From a virus (Duplodnaviria; Heunggongvirae; Uroviricota; Caudoviricetes), in the IMG/VR virus record IMGVR_UViG_2724679058_000003: a stretch of 64,000 nucleotides of DNA. One strand, written 5' to 3'. Made by a program: the position numbers and the translations under genes. Each line of letters starts with the position of its first letter. Position 1 is the first letter of the stretch. The notes under the pieces are model-generated. The model was given only the letters and a program-made list of their open reading frames with translations. It was not told where the DNA came from and made no database searches. Positions 22,742 to 32,144 of the stretch are shown here, piece by piece.

Positions 22742-23101
22742 TGCGTGTGGCATTTTTCGGCTTGTTACCGTACCCGCCTTGTTTTTGGACTTCTGCGCTA
22801 ATTGCAAAGCCGCATGTCCTGATGGCTGACAACATCATCCCGGCACCAAAGCGCCGCCATACCGGTATTGCGGCTGCACGACGCGAAGCAAAGAAACGCA
22901 GGAGAGCAAAACGATGAAAAACCGTAAAGCAAAGATTCTGTTAGTTCGTAGAAACGCTCCTGGCGTCTGGCAGTGGGTGAGACTCAGCAACCGACGGATG
23001 GGGTTGATGAAATATTACGGGATGATGGATTGTGGTTTTGCAAAAGCCCAGCGCGGCGCAAAACCGCTGGAAAAACCACTTGCGCACTAAAGGAGAGTGA
23101 T

Positions 23102-23320
23102 GTGCCGACATTATTCAGAAAAGAATATCCGCGAAAAAGTAGAGCGACAGAATTTCTGTTTCTCATTCTGTTTATCGTGTTGATGACACCGATATCCCCG
23201 CTAATTTTTGTCTGGGTAATCGGGAAAATAATTGAGCCAGTTATTGAATTGTATAACGACGTGGTATGGGCGTCGTTCAATACACTGCACAATAAAATTA
23301 ATCCATATAAGGAAAACTGA
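23102..23320 (+). CDS. Small membrane protein
   Basis: GTG start after AGGAGAG RBS within ORF 22973..23320; hydrophobic core FLFLILFIVLMTPISPLIFVWVIG. Confidence 0.4.
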   Translation: MPTLFRKEYPRKSRATEFLFLILFIVLMTPISPLIFVWVIGKIIEPVIELYNDVVWASFNTLHNKINPYKEN

Positions 23321-23321
23321 A

Positions 23322-23687
23322 ATGGCACTGACGAAAAAACAACGTGCAGAGCTGCGCATGAAGTTCGGCGGTCGCTGTGCTTATTGTGGCTGTGAACTTG
23401 GCGAAAAGTGGCATGCAGACCATGTAAAACCGGTCATTCGTTTTGCTGGGAATATGCTTCACCAGGAACGTGACGATATATCCAACCTGGTTCCGGCATG
23501 CCACCCATGCAATCTGCACAAGCATTGCAGTAGCCTGGAAGATTATCGGCGAATTATCAGTGATGGTCGTCGTGAATTCCTTGCGTCCGGGAAAGGCAAA
23601 GCGCTGGTTCGTATGGGATTGGTTGAAATGAAATCTGACCCGGTTGTGTTCTGGTTTGAAAAATATCAAGAAGGGGATACGGCATGA
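23322..23687 (+). CDS. HNH endonuclease
   Basis: ORF 23232..23687 trimmed to ATG 23322 after AAGGA; CAYCGC ... HADHVKP ... ACHPCN. Confidence 0.7.
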   Translation: MALTKKQRAELRMKFGGRCAYCGCELGEKWHADHVKPVIRFAGNMLHQERDDISNLVPACHPCNLHKHCSSLEDYRRIISDGRREFLASGKGKALVRMGLVEMKSDPVVFWFEKYQEGDTA

Positions 23688-24070
23688 CCACTATTACCAA
23701 AGAGCGACTGCTGACAATCAAGCAGTGGCGCGAAACATACGGACCTGGTAGCAACGTTGTACTGCCAGCAGAAGAAGCGGAAGAACTGGCACGAATTGCT
23801 CTGGCATCGCTGGAAGCAAAACCAATAGGTGCTTTCCACATTGCAGAACAGCAGGTCGATGGCACAAGTGACTACATCAAGGATGGGGAATGGCCTATTG
23901 ATAATGGAATTATTGAGGTCTACGCCGCTCCACCCGTTCCAGTAGTACCGGAAGAAAAACCAATGCCTAATCCTCTTAGCATGTACGCGGTTGATGCTGT
24001 TGCCGCTATTGCAGAGGTAAGAGGCTGGAACGCCTGCCGTGCCGCTATGCTTGAGGGTAAAGGAGAGTGA
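23684..24070 (+). CDS. Hypothetical protein (shares N-domain with 24280..25164)
   Basis: ORF 128 aa; ELARIALASLEAKP and GWNACRAAMLEG shared with paralog. Confidence 0.45.
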   Translation: MTTITKERLLTIKQWRETYGPGSNVVLPAEEAEELARIALASLEAKPIGAFHIAEQQVDGTSDYIKDGEWPIDNGIIEVYAAPPVPVVPEEKPMPNPLSMYAVDAVAAIAEVRGWNACRAAMLEGKGE

Positions 24071-24071
24071 T

Positions 24072-24269
24072 ATGGACAAAAACACACCTGCTTACTGGAG
24101 TTTATCACTTGATACTGAATGCCCAAAATGCGGCCACAATTTCGATCTGCTTTGCGATGCTGATTTCTGGGAATTTTCTGGAGCAAAACAGGCATGTGAA
24201 GAAATAAAAGGTTACGAAACATGCTGCCCAGAATGTAACCATGAATTTAAAACAGATTTTGTGTATTGA
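24072..24269 (+). CDS. Small zinc-ribbon protein
   Basis: Within ORF 24039..24269, start at MDKNTPAYW; CPKCG...CCPECN. Confidence 0.4.
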   Translation: MDKNTPAYWSLSLDTECPKCGHNFDLLCDADFWEFSGAKQACEEIKGYETCCPECNHEFKTDFVY

Positions 24270-24279
24270 GGCATAACGA

Positions 24280-25164
24280 ATGACCACTTTTACTAAAGAA
24301 CAATTAATAGAGATAATTAAGCGCAATATAACGGTTATGGATCGTTATCCTGATTTAGTAACTGCACAAATGGATCTGGAAGTATACAAAATCGCGCTGG
24401 CATCACTGGAAGCAGAACCAGTTGCTTATATTTTCAAACATCCGGCCGGGAAATTATTCTGGGCTTTAACGGATGAAAGCAATAAAGAGCAATCGGACGT
24501 TATTCCTGTTTATGCTGACTCACCTGCGCCGGTTGTGCCGGATGAAATAGACGTAAACGATGTACCAAGGGCGGTGACATATTTCAAGACACACAGAGAT
24601 TGTTACGCAGATGGCTGGAACGCCTGCCGCGCCGCCATGCTTCAGTCCGGAAACTTTCGGGAAAACAAGAATTCGTCAACCAATAATTTTCGGGAAATCG
24701 CGGAAACGTCAACCAACTATCCGGTAATTCCTAGTGAGGTGTTGTCCGCAATCCTGAAGGTTGCCAAGATTCGTGCCGATTTCGATGATTTTGACGGTGA
24801 CAGGCGAGGTATCGGTGATTGTCTGGATGAGGCTGAGCAAGAGCTTATCGTTACCATTAACAAATATGCCAGTCAGTTGGCAGCAGAACCGATAGCGACT
24901 AATGACGTTCGAGAGCAGACAGCCATTCCGCAAGTTCCGGTAACTCCGGATGGTTGGATAAGCTGTAGTGAGCGAATGCCGAATACCAAAACAGCCGTGC
25001 TTGTTGCCGTGGAGTTTGACAGGAAAGGTGACTGGCGAATGAAATGGGCTACTTACATCCCGGGGCATCCTGACGCTAATGATGGGTGGATAATTCCTGG
25101 TGCGTCGTGGAAACCGTCACACTGGATGCCGCTACCAGAACCGCCGCAGGAGGTGAATCAATGA
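24280..25164 (+). CDS. DUF551-like domain protein
   Basis: ORF 294 aa; C-terminal W-rich ...WMPLPEPP typical of prophage DUF551 proteins. Confidence 0.5.
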   Translation: MTTFTKEQLIEIIKRNITVMDRYPDLVTAQMDLEVYKIALASLEAEPVAYIFKHPAGKLFWALTDESNKEQSDVIPVYADSPAPVVPDEIDVNDVPRAVTYFKTHRDCYADGWNACRAAMLQSGNFRENKNSSTNNFREIAETSTNYPVIPSEVLSAILKVAKIRADFDDFDGDRRGIGDCLDEAEQELIVTINKYASQLAAEPIATNDVREQTAIPQVPVTPDGWISCSERMPNTKTAVLVAVEFDRKGDWRMKWATYIPGHPDANDGWIIPGASWKPSHWMPLPEPPQEVNQ

Positions 25165-25228
25165 GCTGGCCTGAAGCATTCACCACGGTAGGAATTGTGA
25201 TGGCGGCAGCGCTGGGTTTGTATTCAAT

Positions 25229-25480
25229 TTGTCGCTGGTGGTAACGATGGGGAAATTAACTTTTGTAGTCGAATTTGAGGATGGTAAAGAGCCACCTGTT
25301 AGCGCCAATCTTGATGTTGCTGGTGGCAGGCTTGTTTCGGTTCTATTTGGTGACTACCGAGATGACTTCTTCCAACCAGAAGAAGTTGATGTAGTGCGAG
25401 AGGCATTAAACGAGTTAAGTGTTGACAACGATGATGCTCATGCGGAAATCATCCAAAAAATGGAACTGCTAACTCACTAA
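25229..25480 (+). CDS. Acidic hypothetical protein
   Basis: ORF 83 aa. Confidence 0.4.
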   Translation: MSLVVTMGKLTFVVEFEDGKEPPVSANLDVAGGRLVSVLFGDYRDDFFQPEEVDVVREALNELSVDNDDAHAEIIQKMELLTH

Positions 25481-25658
25481 ATTAGAAATTATGGTGCTAT
25501 CACCTACGACACCGAGAGAAAATTTATAATGTCAAAAGTAAATGTTTTGATTTTTTCAGCAATTGTTGGCTTTGGTTTTACTGCCGGAGTGCAGATTTAT
25601 ATTACGTGGGAAAAAATCATCAACTACGCATGGAGTTGTTTTATTAAGTGAGGTAAGT

Positions 25659-25952
25659 ATGTGGAGAGGTAATAGTCATGGCAAAAGCCAGATGATACTT
25701 ACCGAATATCAGCTCGACCACAAAACCAATAAATCACGCTCAGTATATTTGCTCCGGCACAATAGCCGTGTAAGAAATACCGTGCTGGAACAAAATCTGA
25801 CAGTTGAAATGGATAATTACGGGGGCTTCAAGCCAACAATTTCGCTTGATGATTTTCCTCGTGGTTTAAGCGAAAGAGAAGCAATGCTGAAATTAGCAGA
25901 ATGGCTACAAAGATTAAGCATTGCTATTGAAGATAACTGGTCTGAACCTTAA
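25659..25952 (+). CDS. Hypothetical protein
   Basis: Start at ATG after GAGG RBS inside ORF 25563..25952. Confidence 0.35.
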   Translation: MWRGNSHGKSQMILTEYQLDHKTNKSRSVYLLRHNSRVRNTVLEQNLTVEMDNYGGFKPTISLDDFPRGLSEREAMLKLAEWLQRLSIAIEDNWSEP

Positions 25953-25958
25953 ATTTAT

Positions 25959-26333
25959 ATGATGACACTAAAACATTTTCTTGACCGCCCATTATGGGCG
26001 GCAGCCGCAGGCTATGACTTTAATTATATGGATTGCATGTCTTATACTGCCAATGCATACGACCATTCGTTCACCCTGCTGTTTAATTCTTTAAGAATAT
26101 TGCCGGAAACAGAAGTTGGAGAGCTTCATTTATGGCTATTGGGCTTTATCGCGGCTGTCGTTGGCATTGCTGTATGGCCTTTTATTTTCTGGCTGGTGGC
26201 TGTTGTAGTGTGGTTTAAGTGCAAGACATACCGGAAAAAGTATTTCTTGGGTGACGGAATGACTGATATTGCCAAAATGAACATTGAAAAATGGACTAAG
26301 GAATGTGAAAAGAAATGGCGCAAAAAGAAATGA
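25959..26333 (+). CDS. Membrane protein
   Basis: ORF 124 aa with hydrophobic helix LWLLGFIAAVVGIAVWPFIFWLVAVVVWF. Confidence 0.45.
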   Translation: MMTLKHFLDRPLWAAAAGYDFNYMDCMSYTANAYDHSFTLLFNSLRILPETEVGELHLWLLGFIAAVVGIAVWPFIFWLVAVVVWFKCKTYRKKYFLGDGMTDIAKMNIEKWTKECEKKWRKKK

Positions 26334-26995
26334 CTACTCTAACGACAGCATACTTACAGCAATTGGTATTTTTTGCAGGCGAGGCTACTTGTCATCCTGA
26401 CACAAACTATTTATTGGAATTTGAGAGGTTAGCGTCACCCGGTATCGTTCTGGAACTGGCCCAACAGGTACTGGCCTTGAGACAAAAAGAGCAACATGAA
26501 AGTAATACGTGTAGATTGAATTTTGAGCAGTGGCTGGAACAGCAACGCGGAAAAATCGATGTGGACTGTGGTTGTGTGTCCACTGAAACATTCATGCACT
26601 GGCTGCGGGTAGCTTACGAGGCTGGCAACTATCCGGATATTCCGGATAGTTCGGTGTCAGCGCCAGGAAAGGGCGTCACCGGTGGACGTATCCGCATTAA
26701 GCCGCATGTTTATCGCGAACTGGTTAACCGTCTCCACGATACAGCGATCAAGTGTGCTGGCACCCAGCAATTACGAGAAAGAATTAGCCGTGTTTTGGGC
26801 GACGTTATTACGCCAGATCATCATAAACAAGCCGAGAAAAGTGGCTTGGAAAGGTGTCACCTTGAGGCGGCATTAAACATTAAGCCGGGGCATACGCTTG
26901 GCATTATTGATGCACTATTGGTTCATAAGATGGCCAGGGCTTTATTGCCGCTGGTGGCTGAAAAGCATGAGGCGGACCATGCCAACGAAAGCTGA
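26315..26995 (+). CDS. Hypothetical protein
   Basis: ORF 226 aa. Confidence 0.45.
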   Translation: MAQKEMTTLTTAYLQQLVFFAGEATCHPDTNYLLEFERLASPGIVLELAQQVLALRQKEQHESNTCRLNFEQWLEQQRGKIDVDCGCVSTETFMHWLRVAYEAGNYPDIPDSSVSAPGKGVTGGRIRIKPHVYRELVNRLHDTAIKCAGTQQLRERISRVLGDVITPDHHKQAEKSGLERCHLEAALNIKPGHTLGIIDALLVHKMARALLPLVAEKHEADHANES

Positions 26996-27263
26996 GTTAC
27001 AGGCGCGCATAGAGATTCTTGAAAAAGAGAATGCGAGTCTAAAAGGAATGCTGGCGCGGGCGGAAAGGGAATTATCAGGCAAATTATTGCCAGAAGAGCT
27101 GCCACCAGCAGATATACCTGATCGAGTGTCCTGGTGGATGAAGTATTTCCGTGCACCGTGGGAGGCGTTTTGGTGCTACGACCATCGCAGATGGTGTGAT
27201 GAGCTTGATAGCAGTTTCCCCTATTTTGCGGAAGGGAACTCTTGCCCTGAATGTAGGAGTTAA
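26979..27263 (+). CDS. Coiled-coil/zinc-binding small protein (tandem paralog 1)
   Basis: Start MPTKAELQ inside ORF 26898..27263; C-terminal FWCYDHRRWCDELDSSFPYF...CPECRS. Confidence 0.45.
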   Translation: MPTKAELQARIEILEKENASLKGMLARAERELSGKLLPEELPPADIPDRVSWWMKYFRAPWEAFWCYDHRRWCDELDSSFPYFAEGNSCPECRS

Positions 27264-27568
27264 TGATGACCGGCGAGCTTTATTTTAAAATGGCACGGGA
27301 GCGGCGTGTGCATCTGGATCGGATATTTCATCTCCAGAAGAGAGTAGAAGAACTGGAACGTCGTCTGAACTGTTATCCTGTTGATATGGTGTCTGCAATA
27401 CCGCCGATTCCAATAGAAATGCAGATCCGCCTATGGATGGAAGAATATGGAATGCCGTGGGAGATATTTTTCTGCTTCGACCATAAACAGTGGGTAGATG
27501 AGCTGGATAATAGTTTCCCATATTTCACAGAGAACACATGCCCAGTATGCAGGAAGAACGGAATATGA
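27263..27568 (+). CDS. Coiled-coil/zinc-binding small protein (tandem paralog 2)
   Basis: ORF 101 aa; FFCFDHKQWVDELDNSFPYF...CPVCRK. Confidence 0.45.
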   Translation: MMTGELYFKMARERRVHLDRIFHLQKRVEELERRLNCYPVDMVSAIPPIPIEMQIRLWMEEYGMPWEIFFCFDHKQWVDELDNSFPYFTENTCPVCRKNGI

Positions 27569-28089
27569 CAAAATTTGGAAAGCTGGAAGCTCATTTGCTA
27601 ACTCGTAACTACCGCCATGATATACACCCATATAGACAGTGGATCGATGAAAGCGAAGGAGTAGTTACATTCCCTCTATACAGGTTTGATGGGATGTTGG
27701 CTGGGTATCAGACATATAGACCAGGTGCTCCTAAGCAGCATAGCAATCCGAAGATGGCCCGGTATTTCACGCGATCACACGGCAGACAGTTACTTTGGGG
27801 AACCTATCTTCCTTTAAAAGATGGCCCAATATGGATAACTGAGTCTATTTTTAAGAGCGCAGCTGTACACAATGCGGGCGGCAATTCGTGGGCGCTGTTA
27901 GGTTCGACTTTCTCCGCAGGATTACGCCGTCAACTTGCGATGCTGCCGTATGACTTTCGTGTAATAGGTGACAATGATGCGGCTGGTAAATTACTTGTGA
28001 AGTCTTTCGGAAAAGGTTTTGTGGCCCCGGATCTTGACGAGCTACAACCACATGAAGTGTCTCATTTGATTTTTAGCCATAGCAAATAA
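27565..28089 (+). CDS. Toprim-like domain protein
   Basis: Start MTKFGKLEA inside ORF 27538..28089; ITES...GDNDAAGK acidic motifs. Confidence 0.45.
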   Translation: MTKFGKLEAHLLTRNYRHDIHPYRQWIDESEGVVTFPLYRFDGMLAGYQTYRPGAPKQHSNPKMARYFTRSHGRQLLWGTYLPLKDGPIWITESIFKSAAVHNAGGNSWALLGSTFSAGLRRQLAMLPYDFRVIGDNDAAGKLLVKSFGKGFVAPDLDELQPHEVSHLIFSHSK

Positions 28090-28149
28090 GCATCTCTCCC
28101 CTTTGAGGCCACAATTAGTGGCCTTAAACAATGTGTTTTCTACCTCGAT

Positions 28150-28731
28150 TTAGCCTCTATTATCGTTTTGCATTTCTCTAATCCGGTTCAGAACTACTTC
28201 ATGCTGGGCTTGGATAGCGGCTTTTTCGTTTTCAAGTCGGGCAATAGACATCTCTAATTCTTTGCTGTACCAGGCGAGTTGGGCCAGGTTCATCCGGTTG
28301 TGGTCGAGAGTTGGAGACACGTCGACGCGCTCCCTTTCTTCCTGCTTTAATGAGAAGAGATTCATCTCATCCCTTGAGGAAAATTCAGCAACAATTTCTT
28401 GTTGATGATCCGGTCGCTGCGGCATCCTCGCCAGTATAAATGGCGGTTCTTTTGAAAACATGAATGTCGGCTGTGACCGTGTTTTCACCCATCTAGCCTG
28501 CTGCCCTTCGGCAAGTTCACAGGCTTCATCATAGTTATTTGCCAAACCAAGCACGGATGGACGGTCCCACGCGCCACCATTCAGACAATAAACAACAATT
28601 TTCCCGTCAGGTTGTGTAACCCCATAGGGATGGTCCCACCAGACGTCCAGCTGAGCTTTAGAGCGTTTCTCGTTAGGAGTGCAGTCAAAATTTTTGGGCA
28701 ATACAGGATCGAGAGGAATGCGGGCAGGCAT
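28150..28731 (-). CDS. Hypothetical protein divergent from humD, likely SOS-regulated (P1 lxr position)
   Basis: ORF 193 aa; shares the LexA-box intergenic region with humD. Confidence 0.5.
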   Translation of the reverse strand: MPARIPLDPVLPKNFDCTPNEKRSKAQLDVWWDHPYGVTQPDGKIVVYCLNGGAWDRPSVLGLANNYDEACELAEGQQARWVKTRSQPTFMFSKEPPFILARMPQRPDHQQEIVAEFSSRDEMNLFSLKQEERERVDVSPTLDHNRMNLAQLAWYSKELEMSIARLENEKAAIQAQHEVVLNRIREMQNDNRG

Positions 28732-28866
28732 AGCTAATTCCTTATTAACTGATTGGCAACGAGGTTACGCTGATCCGTTGGTGATGAATAGTAGCAAAGC
28801 GCACAAAATCATCAGCGGTGGTTGATGTACGTAACGCGTTTGCACCAAAGGTGTCTCTTTAATGTA

Positions 28867-28886
28867 TACTGTATAAATGAACAGTA
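28867..28886. promoter_or_regulatory. LexA (SOS) box TACTGTATAAATGAACAGTA
   Basis: CTGT-N8-ACAG palindrome 20 nt upstream of humD start. Confidence 0.7.
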
Positions 28887-28905
28887 TTGTTGAGGTGAAA
28901 ACGCT

Positions 28906-29295
28906 ATGGGCTTCCCTTCTCCTGCGGCGGATTATGTTGAAAGCCGAATTTCTCTTGATCAGCAACTAATCAGGCATCCATCAGCGACCTACTTCATGCG
29001 GGCGGCAGACAGCCATCACCGTGAGGGAATATTGCAGGGTGCTTTGCTGGTGGTTGATTCCTCGCTTACTCCGGTTGATGGTTCGCTGCTTGTCTGCGCT
29101 ATGGAGGGTGAATATCGCATAAAGAGATACCGAAAGTATCCGCGCCAGCACCTGGAGGATTTAAGCACCGGGAAGAAAGAGGCGTTACCAGTAGATGACG
29201 ATGGTTACACGGGTAGTAATGCTGTTTTTGGTGTGATCACTCATGTCATCAATGATGCCCGAAGTGGGGAATTTGATGATTGTCCGGTGATTTAA
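28906..29295 (+). CDS. humD: UmuD-prime-like S24 peptidase-family protein
   Basis: ORF 129 aa; UmuD/LexA C-terminal domain-like; preceded by LexA box. Confidence 0.8.
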   Translation: MGFPSPAADYVESRISLDQQLIRHPSATYFMRAADSHHREGILQGALLVVDSSLTPVDGSLLVCAMEGEYRIKRYRKYPRQHLEDLSTGKKEALPVDDDGYTGSNAVFGVITHVINDARSGEFDDCPVI

Positions 29296-29367
29296 GCTGC
29301 AAAGTGCTGGTGCTTTATGCCTGTGAAGTTTATAATTGTGTACACATAACGAGTACACGAGGTGTTT

Positions 29368-29589
29368 ATGCAATCCATTAACTTCCGTACCGCGCGCGGC
29401 AACCTTTCTGAAGTGCTCAACAATGTTGAAGCCGGGGAAGAGGTTGAAATCACCCGCAGAGGCCGTGAGCCAGCAGTAATTGTCAGCAAGGCTACTTTCG
29501 AAGCCTACAAAAAAGCGGCGCTGGATGCTGAATTTGCATCCCTGTTTGACACCCTGGACTCCACCAACAAGGAACTGGTTAACCGATAA
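29368..29589 (+). CDS. phd: Antitoxin Phd
   Basis: [39 protein letters not shown]... recognised as Phd; stop overlaps doc start. Confidence 0.9.
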
Positions 29590-29969
29590 TGAGGCATATA
29601 TCACCGGAAGAACTGATAGCGCTTCATGATGCGAATATAAGCCGCTACGGCGGCCTGCCTGGTATGTCAGATCCGGGCAGGGCAGAGGCCATTATCGGGA
29701 GAGTCCAGGCCAGAGTTGTGTACGAAGAGATTACCGACCTTTTCGAAGTCTCCGCAACCTACCTGGTGGCTACTGCGAGAGGGCATATATTCAATGATGC
29801 CAATAAGCGTACCGCGCTAAACAGTGCGCTGCTATTCCTACGCCGTAACGGGGTGCAGGTATTTGACTCACCTGAACTGGTAGACCTTACCGTAGGGGCT
29901 GCAACTGGTGAAATCGCCGTATCTTCAGTCGCAGAAAAGCTACGTGAACTATATGGTTCCAAGACCTGA
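29589..29969 (+). CDS. doc: Toxin Doc (Fic-fold kinase)
   Basis: ORF 126 aa with HIFNDANKR Fic motif. Confidence 0.9.
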
Positions 29970-29988
29970 GTAGTGGAGTTACGAAACA

Positions 29989-30264
29989 ATGTCGAAAATT
30001 AACTTAAGGACCGAATCTGCGGTGTTCAAGAATCCTACGTTTAACGTACCCAAACAAACGCTTGATGAACTTGTGCCGATTGATAGTAGGTTTGTTATTC
30101 CTGCGGAACTGGTCGAGAACTGCAAAGAGAAGCAAAAGTCGTTAAAGGAAATATCGCTTTCTGAACTCCTCTCCCGCAGTGATGTAAGTAAGGAGGAGAT
30201 TTTAAGGGCGATATCTGCATCTACTGCTACCACGCTACGTAGATTGTATGGTTCCGCGGAGTAG
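29989..30264 (+). CDS. Hypothetical protein downstream of doc
   Basis: ORF 91 aa. Confidence 0.4.
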   Translation: MSKINLRTESAVFKNPTFNVPKQTLDELVPIDSRFVIPAELVENCKEKQKSLKEISLSELLSRSDVSKEEILRAISASTATTLRRLYGSAE

Positions 30265-30475
30265 ATTAATGGCACGTAAATACAACAAATTGTCCCGTGA
30301 AGCGTTAAAGATGCTTCTTGATGGCGTGAGTCGCCGCAAGGTAAAGCAATACCTGGTTGGTAAGCAAATTGGAGCCAGGACTGCTATTGCTGTGTTATGC
30401 CGTCAGGAAATGGTTGTGCTTAAACAGAGAATGCCGGGCAGCAGATAAAGCCCAATCAGTGATGAAAGGTGTGAT

Positions 30476-31237
30476 GTGAAAGCCGTAATTACTCCCTTTG
30501 TACAAAAAGAGCTTGGCGTCGCCACATTCAAAGTGGATCAGGAAGTCAGAAAGCTGGTGGAGGCTGGCCGTAAATTTATTATGGAGCCGGTGCCGCGTGA
30601 GTTAATCGAGCACATGGACGACGGCCTCGTTGTTTCCGAGCAAACTATGGCAACAAATGAGGCGTTGCAGCCGTTTTTTAACAGCGATGAACTGTTTCGC
30701 CGTATTGGTGGAATTGACGCGCTGGTGGCGTGGTTGCGCAGGAAAGAGGGGCAATGCCAGGCCGCAGATCGTAGCTGGTGTGACAACCATATTGTCCACG
30801 CAGAACGAGACAATAGCGCGGTGTTGTTGTGCTGGCATCACGATAACCATTACAGGATGCGTGGTTTTAATGAGCTGAAAGAAACGCTGCATAATAATCG
30901 CGTTAACTGGATACTGGATGTCGCCCGTCAGGAAATGGGGCTTTCAGATGGCCATGATTTAAGTATTCAGGAACTGTGCTGGTGGGCTTTCATGCGCGAC
31001 ATGATGCACCTTATGCCGGAAGAAGTCTGCCGTATATCAATAAATAAGATTAAGGCAGCAACGCAGGATAGCGGACCTCTGAAAGAGGCGGATATTCGCC
31101 CGTATGACGATCGCGCTACAGCATATGTTCAGATGATGGAAGAACGCGCCGCGCCGATGCGAGCAAAAGTATGCCCTGTGGATGTTGACTCCGACCTGGC
31201 ATGGCGCATTTCAAAATACCAAAACTGCAATCGCTAA
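30476..31237 (+). CDS. Hypothetical protein
   Basis: ORF 253 aa. Confidence 0.5.
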   Translation: MKAVITPFVQKELGVATFKVDQEVRKLVEAGRKFIMEPVPRELIEHMDDGLVVSEQTMATNEALQPFFNSDELFRRIGGIDALVAWLRRKEGQCQAADRSWCDNHIVHAERDNSAVLLCWHHDNHYRMRGFNELKETLHNNRVNWILDVARQEMGLSDGHDLSIQELCWWAFMRDMMHLMPEEVCRISINKIKAATQDSGPLKEADIRPYDDRATAYVQMMEERAAPMRAKVCPVDVDSDLAWRISKYQNCNR

Positions 31238-31518
31238 AATTACCTGAGTACATGGACTTTGTTGCTTCCCGTCCATGCTGTGGGTGTGGAGCTGCGGGAG
31301 CTGGCGCTCACATTACGCCTTATATCGTTCGTCATAGTCGATTATGCGCGCATGACATTTATGCGATTCCTCTGTGCCAGTCATGCCAGCGTGATATTGA
31401 GCGTGACCGCGATAATTGGGAGAAAACACACGGCAGGCTGGCGATGCATCAACGATTGTTCTTTGATTACGCGCTTGGAGTCGGCGCTATCACAAGTCAT
31501 TCGTCGAGCGTTAGATAA
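31201..31518 (+). CDS. Cys-rich small protein
   Basis: ORF 105 aa; CCGCG...CAHD...CQSCQ. Confidence 0.35.
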   Translation: MAHFKIPKLQSLKLPEYMDFVASRPCCGCGAAGAGAHITPYIVRHSRLCAHDIYAIPLCQSCQRDIERDRDNWEKTHGRLAMHQRLFFDYALGVGAITSHSSSVR

Positions 31519-31519
31519 A

Positions 31520-31536
31520 ATTGCTCTAATGTGTTG
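31520..31536 (+). promoter_or_regulatory. C1 operator upstream of lpa-like gene
   Basis: ATTGCTCTAATGTGTTG. Confidence 0.55.
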
Positions 31537-31606
31537 CTATTTCTTTAATCGAGGGTATTATATTCCACGTTGATTAGTTGACATGGGCTAATCAGTAGGT
31601 GACAGG

Positions 31607-32059
31607 ATGTTACTTAACTGGCAGGGACGCCACTTCATGGAAATAAATCACTCACGAATAACATCGTATGAGATTGCGGATTACATGATCCGCACTAAAT
31701 CTCTTCTATCAGCGAAAGAACTCGCAGCAATCCTTGAAAAGGAATACCCGCATCTGGATGTCGATAAGCGCGACGTTTATCTGCGCTTAAAGGCTATCGC
31801 TGTGTCTAAGTATTCGTCTGTTTTGATTGATGACAGTACACGCCCACGTAGATTTCAGATCCACTCTCTGAACCCTGAATTCTTTCGCCGCAGCCGCGCA
31901 CCGCGCCGGTTTGATGAAAAACTCCAGAACGAACTCTATATGACGCAGGACGAAAAGGAACGCCGGGAGCACCAGCCTTGGGTAATGGCGCGTCAACTTT
32001 TCAATAAGGTGGCCCGTCAGCACCGTAATTACGGTAATGCCACATCCGCACGTATCTGA
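31607..32059 (+). CDS. lpa: Late promoter activator-like protein (P1 Lpa position)
   Basis: ORF 150 aa between C1 operator and pacA; assignment by position and size. Confidence 0.55.
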   Translation: MLLNWQGRHFMEINHSRITSYEIADYMIRTKSLLSAKELAAILEKEYPHLDVDKRDVYLRLKAIAVSKYSSVLIDDSTRPRRFQIHSLNPEFFRRSRAPRRFDEKLQNELYMTQDEKERREHQPWVMARQLFNKVARQHRNYGNATSARI

Positions 32060-32144
32060 TTGATTGCTTGCCCGTTCCGGGCCTTTTGACATGTGACTTT
32101 CGTTACCCTCGCGTCAAAAAGAGTTTTTACGAAAGGAAGCATAA

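Noticed and set aside
30248-30448. ORF 30248..30448 (+), 66 aa
   Set aside because: Overlaps the 3' end of the preceding ORF and has no clear RBS; kept out of the feature list.
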